A stretch of 64,000 nucleotides of DNA from Planktothrix sp. GU0601_MAG3 (GCA_035193785.1 CP136572.1:1876578-1940577), one strand, 5' to 3'; positions 1-13,289 are shown, counted from the first letter of the stretch. Notes: generated by a model from the sequence alone, not told the origin. Program-made: numbers and translations.

Positions 1-528
1 TCGGTGGTATTGCCTTTTTTCCATAAAGATTCCCCTAAATTTTTTAAGGCGTCCGCATAGTCAGGATTAATTTCTAAGGCTTTTTGATATTGGGCGATCG
101 CCTCATCCCATTGTCCTTGACTGGCGTGTAAAAATCCCAAAGCATTATAAGCCAGCCCATATTGAGGATTTAAACTAATAGCTTCTTGATAGGCTTGAGT
201 GGCTTCTTCAATTTTTCGTTGATAAAATAAAGAATTTCCTAAATAAAAATGATATTTAGCTTCTTTGGGTTGATTTTCTACCAAATTACGAAAAATTGTT
301 TCAGAGGCGGCATAATTTCGAGCTTGATAGAGTTGAATTCCTTGACGAAACTACTGCTTGTCGAGATTCTTTCTTATCTAACTTTTGTTGTTCCGCTTCG
401 CTGGGTTTACCCCGCAACTCACTGGGACTGGGTAAATCATTTTGAGCTTGTACTTTCGACGATAATACAATAATTATTCCTAAAATTATTGTTGTTACCT
501 GAGTTAAATTAAACTGTTTAGTTTTCAT
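1..528 (-). CDS. Secreted TPR-repeat protein (runs off the left edge; apparent +1 frameshift at 347-351)
   Basis: N-terminal signal peptide (…SKVQAQ). Removing one base at GAAAC joins it to a frame reading AKYHFYLGNSLFYQRKIEEATQAYQEAISLNPQYGLAYNALG…EAIAQYQKALEINPDYADALKNLG, which are classic TPRs. Confidence 0.85.
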
Positions 529-613
529 CTTTGTAATTGTAATCTGATGTTAAAATTTTTCTTCACAATATTCCGACGGGTTGTTATCTATCGGAATATT
601 GATCATATTTTAA

Positions 614-2162
614 TTAATGCAGAAAATGACGAATACCCGTGAATACCATAACTAATCCTAACTCATTGGCTGCCTTAATTGAATCTTGATCTCGCATACT
701 TCCCCCCGGTTGCACGATAGCGGAAATTCCCGCCGCCGCCGCCGTGCGAACTGAATCATCAAAGGGGAAAAAGGCATCACTTCCTAAAACCCCGCCTTGA
801 GCGTTTTCTCCGGCTTGTTTCAGGGCAATTTCTACCGACCCCACCCGATTCATTTGTCCCGCCCCAACCCCTAATGTAGTCTGATTTTTAGTCACAACAA
901 TAGCATTAGATTTAACGTGCTTAACCACTTTCCAGGCAAACATTAATTCCTCTAATTCTTCGGGGGTGGGTTGCTTTTCTGTGACTACTTTCCAGTCCGT
1001 AGATTGTTCTACAATATCATCGGCGGTTTGAACTAAAAAACCACCCGCAATTAGTTTAATTGTTTCCTTTGAACCTTGGGTTAAATCGGGTAAAATTAAT
1101 ACCCGCAGGTTGGATTTTTTCTTGAGAATTTGCGCTGCTTCCGGCTCGCAACTAGGGGCAACAATACACTCTAAAAAGGTTTTACTTAAAGCCGTTGCTG
1201 TCTCTTGATCAATAGTTCGATTTAATGCTACAATTCCCCCAAAAGCCGAGGTTGAATCAGCATTAAAGGCTTTTTCATAAGCTGTAGATAGGCTATTGGC
1301 AACGGCAACACCGCAGGGATTTGTATGTTTTAAAATGGCGGCGGCGGGTTGATCGGGAAACTCACAAATAATCCGTCTGGCGGCTTCTAAATCCACTAAA
1401 TTATTATAACTTAAGGGTTTACCTTGTACAATCTGACCCGATGCCCACCCGGTGGGTTGGGTTTCCGGTTTGATACCAAGCCGCGGGTTGATGGGGATTT
1501 TCGCCATATCTTAAGGATTGAATTTGAGTTCCTGCTAAGACAAAACTTTGGGGTAAGGGAGACTCAGAATTGAGTTCTTGTTGTTCTAAATAGGCTGCGA
1601 TCGCGCTATCATAAGCTCCTGTATGTTGAAAGGCTTTTAAGGCAGAATGTTGCCGAAATTCTAAGGAAATTTCTCCGTTTTTTTGCTTAAATTCTTCTAA
1701 ATAAGATCCATATTGTTCGGGATTACATAATACAGTTAAATGGGCATAATTTTTAGCCGATGCGCGTAATAAAGTTGGGCCGCCAATATCAATATTTTCA
1801 ATCGCGTCTGCTAAACTTACATCCGGTTTAGCAATAGTTTGTTCAAAGGGATAAAGATTAACCACGACTAAATCAATCGGACGAATATTATGGGTTTCTA
1901 ATTCACTTACATCTTGAGGAACATCTCGACGGGCTAAAATTCCCCCATGAATGCGAGGATGGAGGGTTTTAACTCGTCCGCCTAAAATCTCAGGAAATCC
2001 CGTATAATCAGAGACTTTGGTAACAGCAAGTCCGGCCGTTTTTAAAGCTGTTGCTGTCCCCCCACTACTAATTAAATCGAAACCCAATTCTTCAACTAGG
2101 ATTTTGGCAAACTCAATCAGTCCTCGTTTATCCGATACACTCAATAAAGCTAAACGCGCCAT
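614..2162 (-). CDS. purH: Bifunctional AICAR formyltransferase/IMP cyclohydrolase (apparent frameshift at 1461-1465)
   Basis: ALLSVSDK, GGRVKTLHP, IDIGGP, LRYGENPHQ in ORF 1419..2189; SYNNLVD, KHTNPCG, SDAFFPF, RHFLH in ORF 614..1507. Confidence 0.97.
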
Positions 2163-2370
2163 GGGGTAAAACTCCGAATTCAAAAACAACAGTCTACCAT
2201 TGTTGCACCTACTGGCTCAATTTCTGTTACCACCCATTGTAGCGACCTGAAAAACTCGGTTTGTAGATTGTGGATATTTTGGTCAGTGGAATCCGCTAGA
2301 ATAGGATCAAGAAACCTAAAAACACGCTCAAAAATCCCTATATTCTAGCTTTTAATAGGCAAAAGTAAAA

Positions 2371-2739
2371 ATGACTACAGTGATGATTGTCGATGATAGC
2401 AACGCTCTCCGAGAGATAATTGCTAAGATGTTGCGAGACAGTGGGATGGAGGTGATCTCAGCCGAAGATGGAGTTCAAGCCTTAGAAAAAATTGAACAGG
2501 TCACACAACTGGATTTAGTGGTATTAGATATTGTTATGCCCAATATGAACGGCTATGAGTTGTGTCGCCATATTAAAAAAAATCCCAAAACCAAGAATAT
2601 TCCCGTAGTTATGTGTTCTAGCAAAAGTGAGGACTTTGATCGCATCTGGGGAATCAGACAAGGTGCTGATGCCTATATTTCCAAACCTTTCCGTCCCGAA
2701 GAACTGTTGAGCACAATAAAACAACTCCTACCGAGGTAG
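2371..2739 (+). CDS. Single-domain CheY/PilH-like response regulator
   Basis: VMIVDDS, LDIVMPNMNG (phospho-Asp), GADAYISKPF. Confidence 0.93.
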   Translation: MTTVMIVDDSNALREIIAKMLRDSGMEVISAEDGVQALEKIEQVTQLDLVVLDIVMPNMNGYELCRHIKKNPKTKNIPVVMCSSKSEDFDRIWGIRQGADAYISKPFRPEELLSTIKQLLPR

Positions 2740-2742
2740 GAA

Positions 2743-2905
2743 TCAGTTATCAGTTATTGGTTATCGGGGGAATTATTCGGATTTAGGTGATCAACTTATA
2801 TCTAAAATAACCCACCCGCATCAGTTAAAGAGTTATCAGTTGAGGAGTTAATAAATTAACTGTAAACCTCTTAACTGATAACTGTTAACTGTTAACTGAT
2901 GACTG
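2743..2905. repeat. Heptamer tandem repeats (CAGTTAT / TAACTGA-TAACTGT type) in opposite orientations between convergent genes
   Basis: tcagttatcagttattggttatc at ~2743 and taactgataactgttaactgttaactgatgactga at ~2872; STRR-like cyanobacterial repeats. Confidence 0.7.
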
Positions 2906-2922
2906 AATAGTAGTCCCGCAGA

Positions 2923-4330
2923 TTATTCTTCCTCGGTACTATCAATTTGATCATCATCTTCATCATCTTGATCATATTCATCGTCTTCATCGTCTTCTTC
3001 TGGGGTTAAAGTCCCTTCAGGAAACTAACTCAATAGTTGAGTTTTCTTCCAGCCAGGTGAAGGTTTTTTGTTGAACTAAATCTTCCGTAACAAAGGCGAG
3101 TAACCTTTGAGGATCGACATCTTGACCCTTGAGTTCGGCGAGAACTTTGGTAGATTCAGCTTTAATTTCTTCCTCAGTGACGGTCAAGGATTCGAGTTTA
3201 GCGACTTCCTTCAGGGCTAAAGAACGTTTCAAAGCGTCAATCGCCTCTGGACGGGCTTGTTCCCGTAGCCGAGGTACCATTTCCCCCGTGAATAACCGTT
3301 TAACATCTAACCCCATTTTGCTCAACTGCATCACCTGTTCGGTAATCAGTCGGTCAACTTCCTGACGAATCAAGGTTTCCGGTAAATCGACTTCAATGGT
3401 TTCCGCTAAAGCCTCCACTAACGCTTTGCGTTGATTGGCCTTAGTTTGTTCGTCCTTTTCCCCTTGAAACCGCTTTTCCAAAGATTCCCGAAGTTCAGCT
3501 AAAGTAGGAAACTCGCTCACTTCTTCGGCAAAATCATCATCTAAATCAGGAAGTTCTTTTTCCTTAATTTCATTGACGGTAATGGTAAAAGTGGCATCCT
3601 TCCCAGCAACATCCTTATCCCCATATTCATCGGGAAACCTCAGATTTAAGGTTTTAGTTTCTCCAGAATTCATGCCCACAATGCCATCAACAAAACCAGG
3701 GATGAACCGACCTTCCTCTAAATCCACTTGAAAATTATCACCCTTAGCACCCGGAATTTCTTCCGGTTCGCCCGTTTCCGACTCTTGGGTAAAATGCCCG
3801 ATAAAATCAACAAACGCCACATCCCCTAATTGGGCGGGTCTAGCTTCAACCGGAATTAAGGTAGCTCTTTTTTCCTGTTCCTGTTTTAATACCTGTTCTA
3901 CCTGTTCAGGGTCAAACTTAACTTCTTCGGCTTGGACAGTTAAGCCCTTATATTGACCGAGTTTCACTTCGGGTTCCACATCCACAACCACTTTAATCGT
4001 CAGGGTTTGTCCGGGTTCAAATTGCTGAATCAGTTGATCAATATCGTCTTGAGGCTCAAAGTTGCCAATCGCCGGAATCTTTTCCTGTTCGACAGCTTTG
4101 GGTAAATACTGGTTCATTAAATCATCCAACGCAGCCGCCTTAATTCGTTCCTGACCCAAGCGCTGAACCAAAACGTGGCGAGGCACTTTGCCTTTGCGGA
4201 ACCCAGGAATATTCACCGAGCGACTCATCTTCTGAACAACTTGCTCATAAGCACTTTTAGACATTTCAGGAGTAATCTCAATGTCTAATCCAATTTGACT
4301 TGCGGGAAGTTTTTCCTGGGTTACTTTCAT
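2923..4330 (-). CDS. tig: Trigger factor (apparent frameshift at 3021-3025 hides an acidic C-terminal tail)
   Basis: IPGFRKGKVP ribosome-binding motif and FKBP domain (FIPGF). The corrected frame ends VPEGTLTPEEDDEDDEYDQDDEDDDQIDSTEEE*. Confidence 0.97.
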
Positions 4331-4648
4331 AAAAATCGTGATATTCTGAATTCAACACCCCCAACACATTTAACTCGCGGGGGAACCATAATCACCGGAT
4401 TAGCAAGGTAAAATTGCTAATGTCGGATTGTGTACTCAAATAGTTATCGTAACTGATTATGCGCCCTCGTGTAACTGTTTGTTAGATTCTGTTTTATTTT
4501 GGTCAGAATCGGAACGGCCAAACTATAATGGATGGGGGAGATTAAGCCCCCACCCAAAAGATTAATAATAATTAACTCAACAGTTTTACGCGCTATAAAA
4601 ATTTAGATTTATTAAAATTGCTGTTTTCTGATTACGGAGGTTACAATC

Positions 4649-5677
4649 TTGTCAAATTCTTATCGAGTTGCCATTCTGGGGGCAACGGGTGCGGTCGGGG
4701 CTGAGTTGATCGAACTGCTGGAAAGTCGCAATTTTCCAGTGGGGGAATTAAAATTATTGGCCTCTCCTCGTTCGGCGGGAACCTCCTTAACCTTTAGGGG
4801 GGAAACCTTACCCGTTGAGGCGGTGTCGGATACCAGCTTCGACCACGTTGATATTGTGTTGGCATCAGCCGGAGGCTCAACCTCTAAGGTCTGGGCCTCA
4901 AAGATCGTGGCAGCCGGGGCCGTGATGGTCGATAACTCCAGTGCCTTCCGCATGAACTCCGATGTGCCCTTAGTCGTCCCGGAGGTCAACCCAGAGGCCC
5001 TTAACAATCATAAGGGGATTATTGCTAACCCCAACTGCACCACGATTTTAATGGCGGTGGCGGTTTGGCCATTATATCAGGCACAACCGATCCGGCGAAT
5101 TGTGGTGGCGACTTATCAATCAGCTAGTGGGGCTGGGGCTAGGGCAATGGAGGAAATGAAGCAACAGGCTTTGGCCATTTTGCAAGGAGAAACACCGAAA
5201 ACGGAAATTTTTCCCTATCCCTTGGCGTTTAATCTTTTCCCGCACAACACACCGATTAATGAATCGGGTTATTGCGAAGAAGAAATGAAAATGATTCATG
5301 AAACCCGCAAAATTTTTGGGGTAAATGATCTAAGGATTTCAGCAACTTGCGTAAGGGTTCCCGTGTTGCGTGCCCATTCGGAAGCGGTTAACTTAGAATT
5401 CGAGCAACCCTTTGGCGTGGAAAAGGCGCGGGATATCCTGAGCAATGCCCCCGGGGTGGAACTGGTGGATGATCCAAAGGCCAACTATTTCCCCATGCCC
5501 ATTGATGCCAGTGGACGTGATCCGGTGTTAGTGGGTCGAATTCGTCAGGATTTATCCCATCCCTGCGGATTAGAATTATGGCTCTGTGGAGATCAAATTC
5601 GCAAGGGTGCCGCCTTAAACGCGGTGCAAATTGCTGAATTGTTAGTGGAAAAACAACTTTTAGGTTTACGGCGTTAA
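4649..5677 (+). CDS. asd: Aspartate-semialdehyde dehydrogenase
   Basis: VAILGATGAVG, DNSSAFRM, ANPNCTT, TYQSASGAG, DQIRKGAALN. Confidence 0.97.
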   Translation: MSNSYRVAILGATGAVGAELIELLESRNFPVGELKLLASPRSAGTSLTFRGETLPVEAVSDTSFDHVDIVLASAGGSTSKVWASKIVAAGAVMVDNSSAFRMNSDVPLVVPEVNPEALNNHKGIIANPNCTTILMAVAVWPLYQAQPIRRIVVATYQSASGAGARAMEEMKQQALAILQGETPKTEIFPYPLAFNLFPHNTPINESGYCEEEMKMIHETRKIFGVNDLRISATCVRVPVLRAHSEAVNLEFEQPFGVEKARDILSNAPGVELVDDPKANYFPMPIDASGRDPVLVGRIRQDLSHPCGLELWLCGDQIRKGAALNAVQIAELLVEKQLLGLRR

Positions 5678-5729
5678 GGTTTTAACCATGACAAACGCAG
5701 GAAACACCGATAACTGATATTAAAGACAA

Positions 5730-6617
5730 ATGGTAAGTTTTGGACGAGTTATAACGGCTATGGTAACGCCGTTTCACGAAGACGGTAGTGTGAATTATGC
5801 AGTGGCGGAAAAGTTGGCGGCTCATTTGGTGAGTACCGGAAGTGATGCCTTGGTGGTGTGCGGAACGACGGGGGAATCCCCGACCTTGACTTGGGATGAG
5901 GAATACGAGTTATTCCAAGTCGTGCAGAGGGCGGTGTCAGGAACGGCGAAGGTAATCGCCGGAACGGGATCGAACTGCACCCAAGAGGCGATCGATGCCA
6001 CCCAAAAGGCAGCTAAACTGGGATTAGACGGCACATTACAGGTTGTCCCCTATTACAATAAACCGCCCCAGGAGGGTTTGTATCGACATTTCCAAGCGAT
6101 CGCCCAGGCCTGCCCCGATTTACCGATTATGCTCTACAATGTTCCTGGACGCACAGGACAAAATCTCCTCCCAGAAACGGTAGCGCGTTTGGCGGAGATT
6201 GAGAGCATTGTGGCGATTAAGGAAGCCAGTGGCAATTTAGATCAAGTCAGCCAAGTTCGACGGTTGACACCCTCCGAATTTTCGATCTACTCTGGAGATG
6301 ATTCTCTGACCTTGCCCATGTTAGCCGTTGGCAGTTCCGGGGTGGTCAGCGTCGCCAGTCATCTAGTGGGAACGCAACTCCAACAGATGATTCAAGCCTT
6401 TGCAGCGGGTCAAATACAGGTAGCAACCGACATCCATATCCGGTTATTGGAGTTGTTTAAAGTCTTGTTTGTTACCACAAACCCCATTCCGTTGAAAGTG
6501 GCACTTAACTTGCTAGGCTGGAATGTGGGATCGACCCGTTTGCCTTTGTGTGACCCAACGGTTGAAGTGACAAACGCATTGAAGGACGTGCTGAGTCAGT
6601 TAAATCTAGTTAAGTAG
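5730..6617 (+). CDS. dapA: 4-hydroxy-tetrahydrodipicolinate synthase
   Basis: [34 protein letters not shown]. Confidence 0.97.
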   Translation: MVSFGRVITAMVTPFHEDGSVNYAVAEKLAAHLVSTGSDALVVCGTTGESPTLTWDEEYELFQVVQRAVSGTAKVIAGTGSNCTQEAIDATQKAAKLGLDGTLQVVPYYNKPPQEGLYRHFQAIAQACPDLPIMLYNVPGRTGQNLLPETVARLAEIESIVAIKEASGNLDQVSQVRRLTPSEFSIYSGDDSLTLPMLAVGSSGVVSVASHLVGTQLQQMIQAFAAGQIQVATDIHIRLLELFKVLFVTTNPIPLKVALNLLGWNVGSTRLPLCDPTVEVTNALKDVLSQLNLVK

Positions 6618-6773
6618 GATTTCGGCAGACTTTTCTAGGCTTTGTAAAAACTAAATATCCACTTCTGATTGACAGAATTTTCAAAATGATTGGGATAATT
6701 CTGGAAATTCTATCAATTCTTAAATTTTGCCTTGATTATTTCAATTGTCAACCCCTAACAAAAAAGGATCAGC

Positions 6774-8608
6774 ATGATTAAAAACAGCAACACTCCCGTG
6801 ATTAGAAAAAGAAGCTCAACCATGGCTTCCCCCACTTCCACTCCGGTATTTAGTTCCGGTTTCCCTGAAAATTATTCCTTTAGGGGGATTACATGAAATC
6901 GGAAAAAACACTTGCATCTTTGAATATGAAGATGAAATTGTGATTTTAGATGCGGGTTTAGCCTTTCCCACCGATGGAATGCACGGCGTCAATATTGTTT
7001 TACCCGATGTCACCTATCTGCGGGAAAACCGAGAAAAAATCAAGGGGATGATTGTTACCCATGGCCATGAAGATCATATTGGGGGCATTGCTTTTCACCT
7101 GAAACAATTTGATATTCCGGTAATTTATGGCCCTCGGTTAGCGATGGCATTATTACAGGGAAAATTAGAAGAAGCCGCCGTAGCCGACCGCACGGAATTA
7201 CGCTCGGTGCGTCCCCGGGAAATGGTCAGAATTGGGAAATATTTCCTAGTAGAATATATTCGCAATACCCACTCCATTGCTGATAGTTTTACCGTCGCCA
7301 TTACAACTCCTGTGGGTGTGGTAATTCATACGGGAGATTTTAAAATTGATCATACTCCGGTGGATGGAGAATTTTTTGATTTGCAACGGTTGGCCGAATA
7401 TGGAGAAAAAGGGGTTCACTGTTTATTAAGTGACTCTACAAACGCTGAAATTCCTGGGTTTACCCCGTCTGAAAGTTCCGTTTATCCCAACTTAGAGCGG
7501 GTTTTTTCCCAAGCTCAGGGTCGGATTTTAGTCACAACTTTTGCTTCCTCGGTTCACCGTCTGAATATTATTTTAGATATTGCTCAAAAGCAGGGACGGT
7601 TAGTATCGGTGGTGGGTCGATCTATGTTGAATGTGATTGCCCACGCTCGGACATTAGGATATATCAAATGTGAAGATCGGTTGTTTGTGCCTCTGAATGC
7701 AATTGGTGGGATTCCTAATGATAAATTGCTGATTTTAACCACCGGATCTCAAGGGGAACCTTTATCGGCATTAACCCGAATTGCCAACGGCGATCATCGT
7801 CAAATTAATATTAAGCAAGGCGATACTGTGGTCTTTTCCGCTAACCCGATCCCTGGGAATACAATTGCCGTGGTGAATACCATTGATAAATTGATGATGC
7901 TGGGAGCAAATGTGATTTATGGACGGGAAAAAGGGATTCACGTTTCCGGTCATGGATGTCAGGAAGATCACAAATTAATGTTAGCTTTAACTCGTCCGAA
8001 ATTCTTTGTTCCTGTCCATGGGGAACACCGGATGTTAGTTCAACACCAAAAGACGGCCCAAAGTATGGGGATTCCGGCAGAAAATATGGTGTTAATTGAT
8101 AATGGTTTTGTGGTGGAATTAACCAAAGAATCTATCCGAATTGCGGGTAAAGTTCAAGCCGGAATTGAACCTGTGGATGCCTCTCGCTCCGGGGTGGTTA
8201 AAGATGAAACCATGAAGGAACGCCGTCAGTTAGCCGAAGAAGGGATAGTTACAATGGCGGTGGCTGTGGGAACCGATGGTAAGTTATTGGCACGGCCTGA
8301 GATTCATTTGAAAGGGGTTGTAAATAGCGTTAATCAGGCTTCTTTACAAGAACAATTAACCCAAACTATCGAAACGGTTTTAAGTGAACGTTGGACAGAA
8401 TTTGCCCGCACTTTTGACTCAGAAACTAAAGAAGTGGATTGGGAAGGGTTAAAAGTTCAAGTCGAACGCTCTATCCAGCGTGTCCTGCGTCGCGAAATTG
8501 CCAGTAATCCTTTGTTGGTTTTATTAGTTCAAATTCCTGACGAAGAAACCTGCTACAAAACTCACGGGTCGCCGTCGTCCTCGCAGCACCGCAAGAGTGG
8601 CTTCTTAG
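6774..8608 (+). CDS. rnj: Ribonuclease J (apparent frameshifts at 6859-6863 and 8545-8549)
   Basis: LKIIPLGGLHEIGKN upstream of the called ORF; THGHEDHIG, HTGDFK, HVSGHG. The corrected end is RRRPRSTARVAS*. Confidence 0.96.
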
Positions 8609-8630
8609 GCTAAGAAAAACTTGATAAACC

Positions 8631-8661
8631 AAACCCGGCGACTTTCGAGAAACCGGGTTTG
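8631..8661. terminator. Inverted repeat AAACCCGG…CCGGGTTT (terminator-like; member of a dispersed family)
   Basis: aaacccggcgactttcgagaaaccgggttt directly after rnj; related palindromes at ~18971-19020, 30291-30322, 32947-33011 and 36647-36677. Confidence 0.65.
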
Positions 8662-8675
8662 TTATTTAATAAACC

Positions 8676-11460
8676 ATGATTAACCCTCGCTCCAAGACAG
8701 TCAAAAAAACCAGACAAATTCCCCTGAGATTATTGTTAATTATCCCCTTTGTGGTGCAAATTGTGGTGGCTGTGGGACTGGTGGGTTATCTTTCCTATCG
8801 CAGTGGACAAAAAGCGGTAGAAAATATGGCGGATCAGTTAATGGATCAGGCAACTAATCGAGTACAGGATCACCTCAACATATCTCTGCAAACTTCACAG
8901 CAAACCATAGGGGTTAATCATCGTGACACTCAACGGGGTCGCCTGAATATCAAGGACTTTGAGTTAGTCCGTCAGCACTTATGGGAACAGATTAATTTAG
9001 CTCCAAGATTAGCGATCACTTCATATATTAATGCACAGGGAAAACAAATTGGTTATGGACGGATCATCAACCAAGAATTTGTTGAATTAGCCCAAAAATT
9101 AACGGCGGAAAAAGATATCCAGATTGGCACACTTTTCTTATATGAAGTGAGTTCTACAGAGAAAAAAATACAGAATCAATATTTAGTTGATCAAGACGGT
9201 AAGCGTCGCAAACATACTTATTCAGTGCCTGTTGATCATACGGTAGCACCCTGGTATCTACAGGCCAAAGCTGTTAAAAAACAAACTTGGTCAAAAATTA
9301 ATGTTTCCAAAATTGCCCCATCATTGACTATCAATGCCGTATTTCCTATTTTCGATGGGGGTGGAAAATTTCAAGGTGTTTTTAACTCTAGTTTAATGTT
9401 GTCGGATATTAGCACTTTTTTAAGTCAATTACGATTCTCGCCATTTGGACAAAGCTTTATCATAGAGCGTTTCTGGTGATCTCGTCGCCACATCAACATT
9501 GGAGCGTCCTTTTGTAAATCTGATCAATAAACCGCTTGCTCGTTTACCTGCGACTGAAAGTCAGAATGGATGGACAAAGGCGATCGCGATTCACCTGAAA
9601 CAGCAATACCAAGATTTAAGCCAAATTCAAAAGGATTCACACTTTCAAGTCCATGTTAAAGGAAACACACTTTTTACCCAAGTTGTACCTTATCAAGATC
9701 AATATGGTTTAGATTGGCTGCTGGTGACGGCGATCCCCCAGTCTGACTTTATGGGAAAAATTAATGCCAACACCAAAATCACAATTTTACTTTGTTTATT
9801 GACTTTAGGAATTGCTACAGGATTAGGAATTATTACATCAAATTTAATTACTACACCAATTCAAAAATTAAGTCAAGCGAGTCGGGCGATCACTGAAGGT
9901 AAATTAAGTCAAGTTATAGAAGTCCAAGGGGTTTCTGAACTAGAAACTTTAGCTGATTCTTTTAATCAGATGGCGAGTCAGTTACAAACTGCTTTTGAAA
10001 CTTTAGAACATCGGGTTAATGAACGCACAGCAGAGTTAGTTATTGCTAAGGAAAAAGCCGAATTTGCTAATCAAGCGAAAAGTAGTTTTATTGCTAATAT
10101 GAGCCATGAGTTGCGATCGCCCTTAAATGCTATTATCGGCTTTTCTCAAGTTATGTTAAGAAGCCCCGATCTCCCCCTAAAACAATCGGAAAACGCCGGA
10201 ATTATTTATCGCAGTGGTGACTATCTTTTAACTTTAATTAATAATATTCTGGATTTATCTAAAATAGAAGCTGGAAAAACCAACCTAAATCTAACTAATT
10301 TTGACCTGTATCGGTTATTAGATGATTTAGAAGATATGCTGGATTTACGAGCTAGTAATGCCGGATTAAAATTAATCTTTCAACGGAGTGAAAATGTTCC
10401 TCGCTATATCTACACCGATGAAGTTAAATTGCGTCAAGTCTTAATTAATTTACTCAGTAATGCTATTAAATTTACCAAAGAAGGGGCTATTACCTTAACG
10501 GTTTTTCAGGAAGAAGACTCAACGGACATTATTAGCTTAAATTTTAAAATTCGGGATACTGGAGTAGGAATTTCTCAAGCCGAATTACCCAAACTATTTG
10601 AATCTTTTACCCAAACTCAATCGGGAAAAGAAGCCCAAGAAGGCACGGGTTTAGGATTAGCTATTAGTCGGAAATTTGTGCAACTGATGGGAGGAGATAT
10701 TGTTGTAGAAAGTCAACTGGGTCAAGGGACAACCTTCTCTTTTCAAATTCAAGCCAAACCGGGTCAGAATATTAACGATGAACCCATAAAAACTCGACAA
10801 AAAGTATTGGGTTTAGCTCCCAATCAACCGATTTATAAAATTCTAACCGTTGATGATAAAAAAATTAATTGTCAGTTATTAATTCAACTTTTGGAACCCT
10901 TGGAATTTGAGATCAAAATAGCACAGAATGGCAAAGAAGCGATCGCAATATGGGAGGAATGGGAACCCCATTTAATCTTTATGGATATGCGAATGCCCGT
11001 AATGGATGGCTATGAAGCGACTAAATATATTAAATCAACCACCAAAGGCAATGCCACGGCTATAATTGCTGTAACAGCGAGTGTATTAGAAGAAGAAAAA
11101 GCCATTGTCTTATCGGCGGGTTGTGATGATTTTATGAGAAAACCTTTTACAGAATATCAAATTTTTGAGGTTATCGCTAAACATTTAGGAGTAAAATATA
11201 TCTATACAGAAATACAGCCTATTTTAACTCCTTCCCCAGATCATAAAATAACTTCAGATGCTTTAAAAGTCATGTCTAATAACTGGATTGATCAACTCTA
11301 TAAGGCAGCGCTTGAAGCTGATCTCCAAGTTGTGATTAAATTAATTACAGAAATTCCAGATTCGGAAATTTATTTAATCCAATTTTTAACCAAGGCGGTG
11401 CGAAAATTTCAATTTGAACAGATCATTGATTTAGCCGAGCCTTTAATCATTAATGATTAG
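8676..11460 (+). CDS. Hybrid sensor histidine kinase (TM-Cache-like-TM-HAMP-HisKA-HATPase-REC; apparent frameshift at 9469-9473)
   Basis: [49 protein letters not shown]. The two ORFs join as …[13 protein letters not shown]…. Confidence 0.93.
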
Positions 11461-11474
11461 CGATCGCACTTCAA

Positions 11475-12038
11475 TTATATTCCTGATCTTAAAAGTATTA
11501 ACAAACGCTGTAATTCTCTGCAAGCCGCCCTCAAAGAATCTGGTGCATTTTCAGATAAGCCCTGAGAATGACATTCCTTAGCTAGATTCTCAACAGAAGG
11601 TTTACAGAAAGCCTCATTGTTCTGAAATTTTGCATACTTATCTTCCTCATTAACAACTTCTCCTTGCAAGAAATGTATCCAAGTCTCAATATTGTGCTTA
11701 GGAATAAAGATAGCAATAGCTTCATCGGATCGACGATCGGGCTGGGAATCTTCACCAAGAGCATTTGTTAACTGATTTAGTCGCTCCTGCAATGTACCAT
11801 TATCTGCATCAATTAACACAACTAATCCAATCGAAATGCGGTTTCTATTCTGGCGATAGGCTTTGACTTCTGCGACATATTGGGTTCGTACATACTGTTC
11901 TCCAGATTGACTACCCTTCGGGCAAATGTTAGGTCGAAATGGCCCTGTAAAACCTCGCATTTTTAGGAAATGACGAGCAAAAACTTCCTGCTGTCTATCT
12001 TCACAAAGAATAACAATCTGAACTCTACGCTGGCTCAT
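11475..12038 (-). CDS. Hypothetical protein with TOPRIM-like motifs, partner of the upstream ATPase
   Basis: IVILCED near the N-terminus, VVLIDAD (DxD), HNIETW; overlaps the ATPase stop by 14 bp. Confidence 0.65.
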   Translation of the reverse strand: MSQRRVQIVILCEDRQQEVFARHFLKMRGFTGPFRPNICPKGSQSGEQYVRTQYVAEVKAYRQNRNRISIGLVVLIDADNGTLQERLNQLTNALGEDSQPDRRSDEAIAIFIPKHNIETWIHFLQGEVVNEEDKYAKFQNNEAFCKPSVENLAKECHSQGLSENAPDSLRAACRELQRLLILLRSGI

Positions 12039-13144
12039 TCAACCATCCCCTGGCAATTAATTCTGAAACAGGTAATCCAGAATCGTCAGCCACTTCACTA
12101 CTAATTCGTTTTACTCTTACAGGTGCATTACTTTGACGCTCAAACCAATAGCCAATTGGTGAAGCTAAAAGATAGTTAATTAACTCAGGATGGTGAGAAA
12201 TTAGTAAACTTTGAAGTTGACTTTCACTACAAAAATCATAAAGCTGAATCAACCAAGGTTGGATTTCCGGCAAGGCTAAAAAATTTTCAGGTTTCATCAA
12301 TACATAAAGTATAGTCTTCTGATTTCGTGCCATAAATAAGTGTATATAAAGCAATTAAAGTTTTTTGTCCGTCTGATAATTCTCCCAGACGATATTCAAT
12401 GGGTTTGGCGCTATTACTTGCTCCAGAAAAACGTAATTTCAGCACTATATTTTGTTCACTAACTTGCTCAAACTTAAAGCTGTTGAAACCATTTAGAACA
12501 TCTCTTAAAATATTGCCTATTTCAGCTACCTTGCCTTGGTCATCAGAAAGGTAGCGATACCAAGAAACAAAATTTTCTATCTTGGTAGTTAATCGTATTT
12601 CTTTTTGGTTACTTTCATCAACCATCAAGCTCGGAATGATTTGGACAATAATAAATCGTTTGATCCGATTTTTAAACCAAGTTAACTTCGTGTTGTCGTT
12701 TCTGGGCATCAAAGTAGCAAGCATAGACTGTGACCAATCAAACGAATATTGAGGGCCTTCTGAATAATTGTCTCGATAAAGCTGAACTTCTCCCAACTCA
12801 AATTTTAGTAAAAGCTGATTGTCATACCACAAACGCTCATATTCAACACGACATTTATCTTGATCATGACCAATACCCAACTCATATTTATAAATGCCGT
12901 TATTACCGATAATCTCTAGCTCAAAACGTTGGACTTGTAAGGTTTGCCAGCGAGTGCAGTCTGATGATAGAAAAATTTTCTCTAGCTTACTATCACCGTT
13001 AACAAATTCCTGAATTTTCTGCAAAACTTTAAAAATAGTTGATTTACCCGATCCATTTGAACCGAGAAATAGATTGATAGAATCAACTTTAAGTTCAAAA
13101 TTTACCAAACAACGAAAATTATCAATGTAAATCCGTTTTAGCAT
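12025..13144 (-). CDS. AAA_21/AAA_15-type ABC-fold ATPase (apparent frameshift at 12291-12295)
   Basis: IDNFRC, Walker A GSNGSGKST, signature LSDGQK, Walker B LCIDEPEN (after correction), H-loop ISHHP. Confidence 0.9.
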
Positions 13145-13289
13145 AATATTTTCTGATTAAGGTAACACTTATAATAGCTACCAAACACTTACTTTACCAT
13201 GATTAGTGATTTTTCCAAATAGAGCCGATAAAATGATCGGGTGATAGGGATAAAATTTTGATAAATTCACCCCATCACCCCCCTCTATA

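Noticed and set aside
4400..4420. CIRCE element upstream of tig (TTAGCAA-N7-TTGCTAA)
   Set aside because: The arms and spacing do not match TTAGCACTC-N9-GAGTGCTAA; it may be a simple hairpin.
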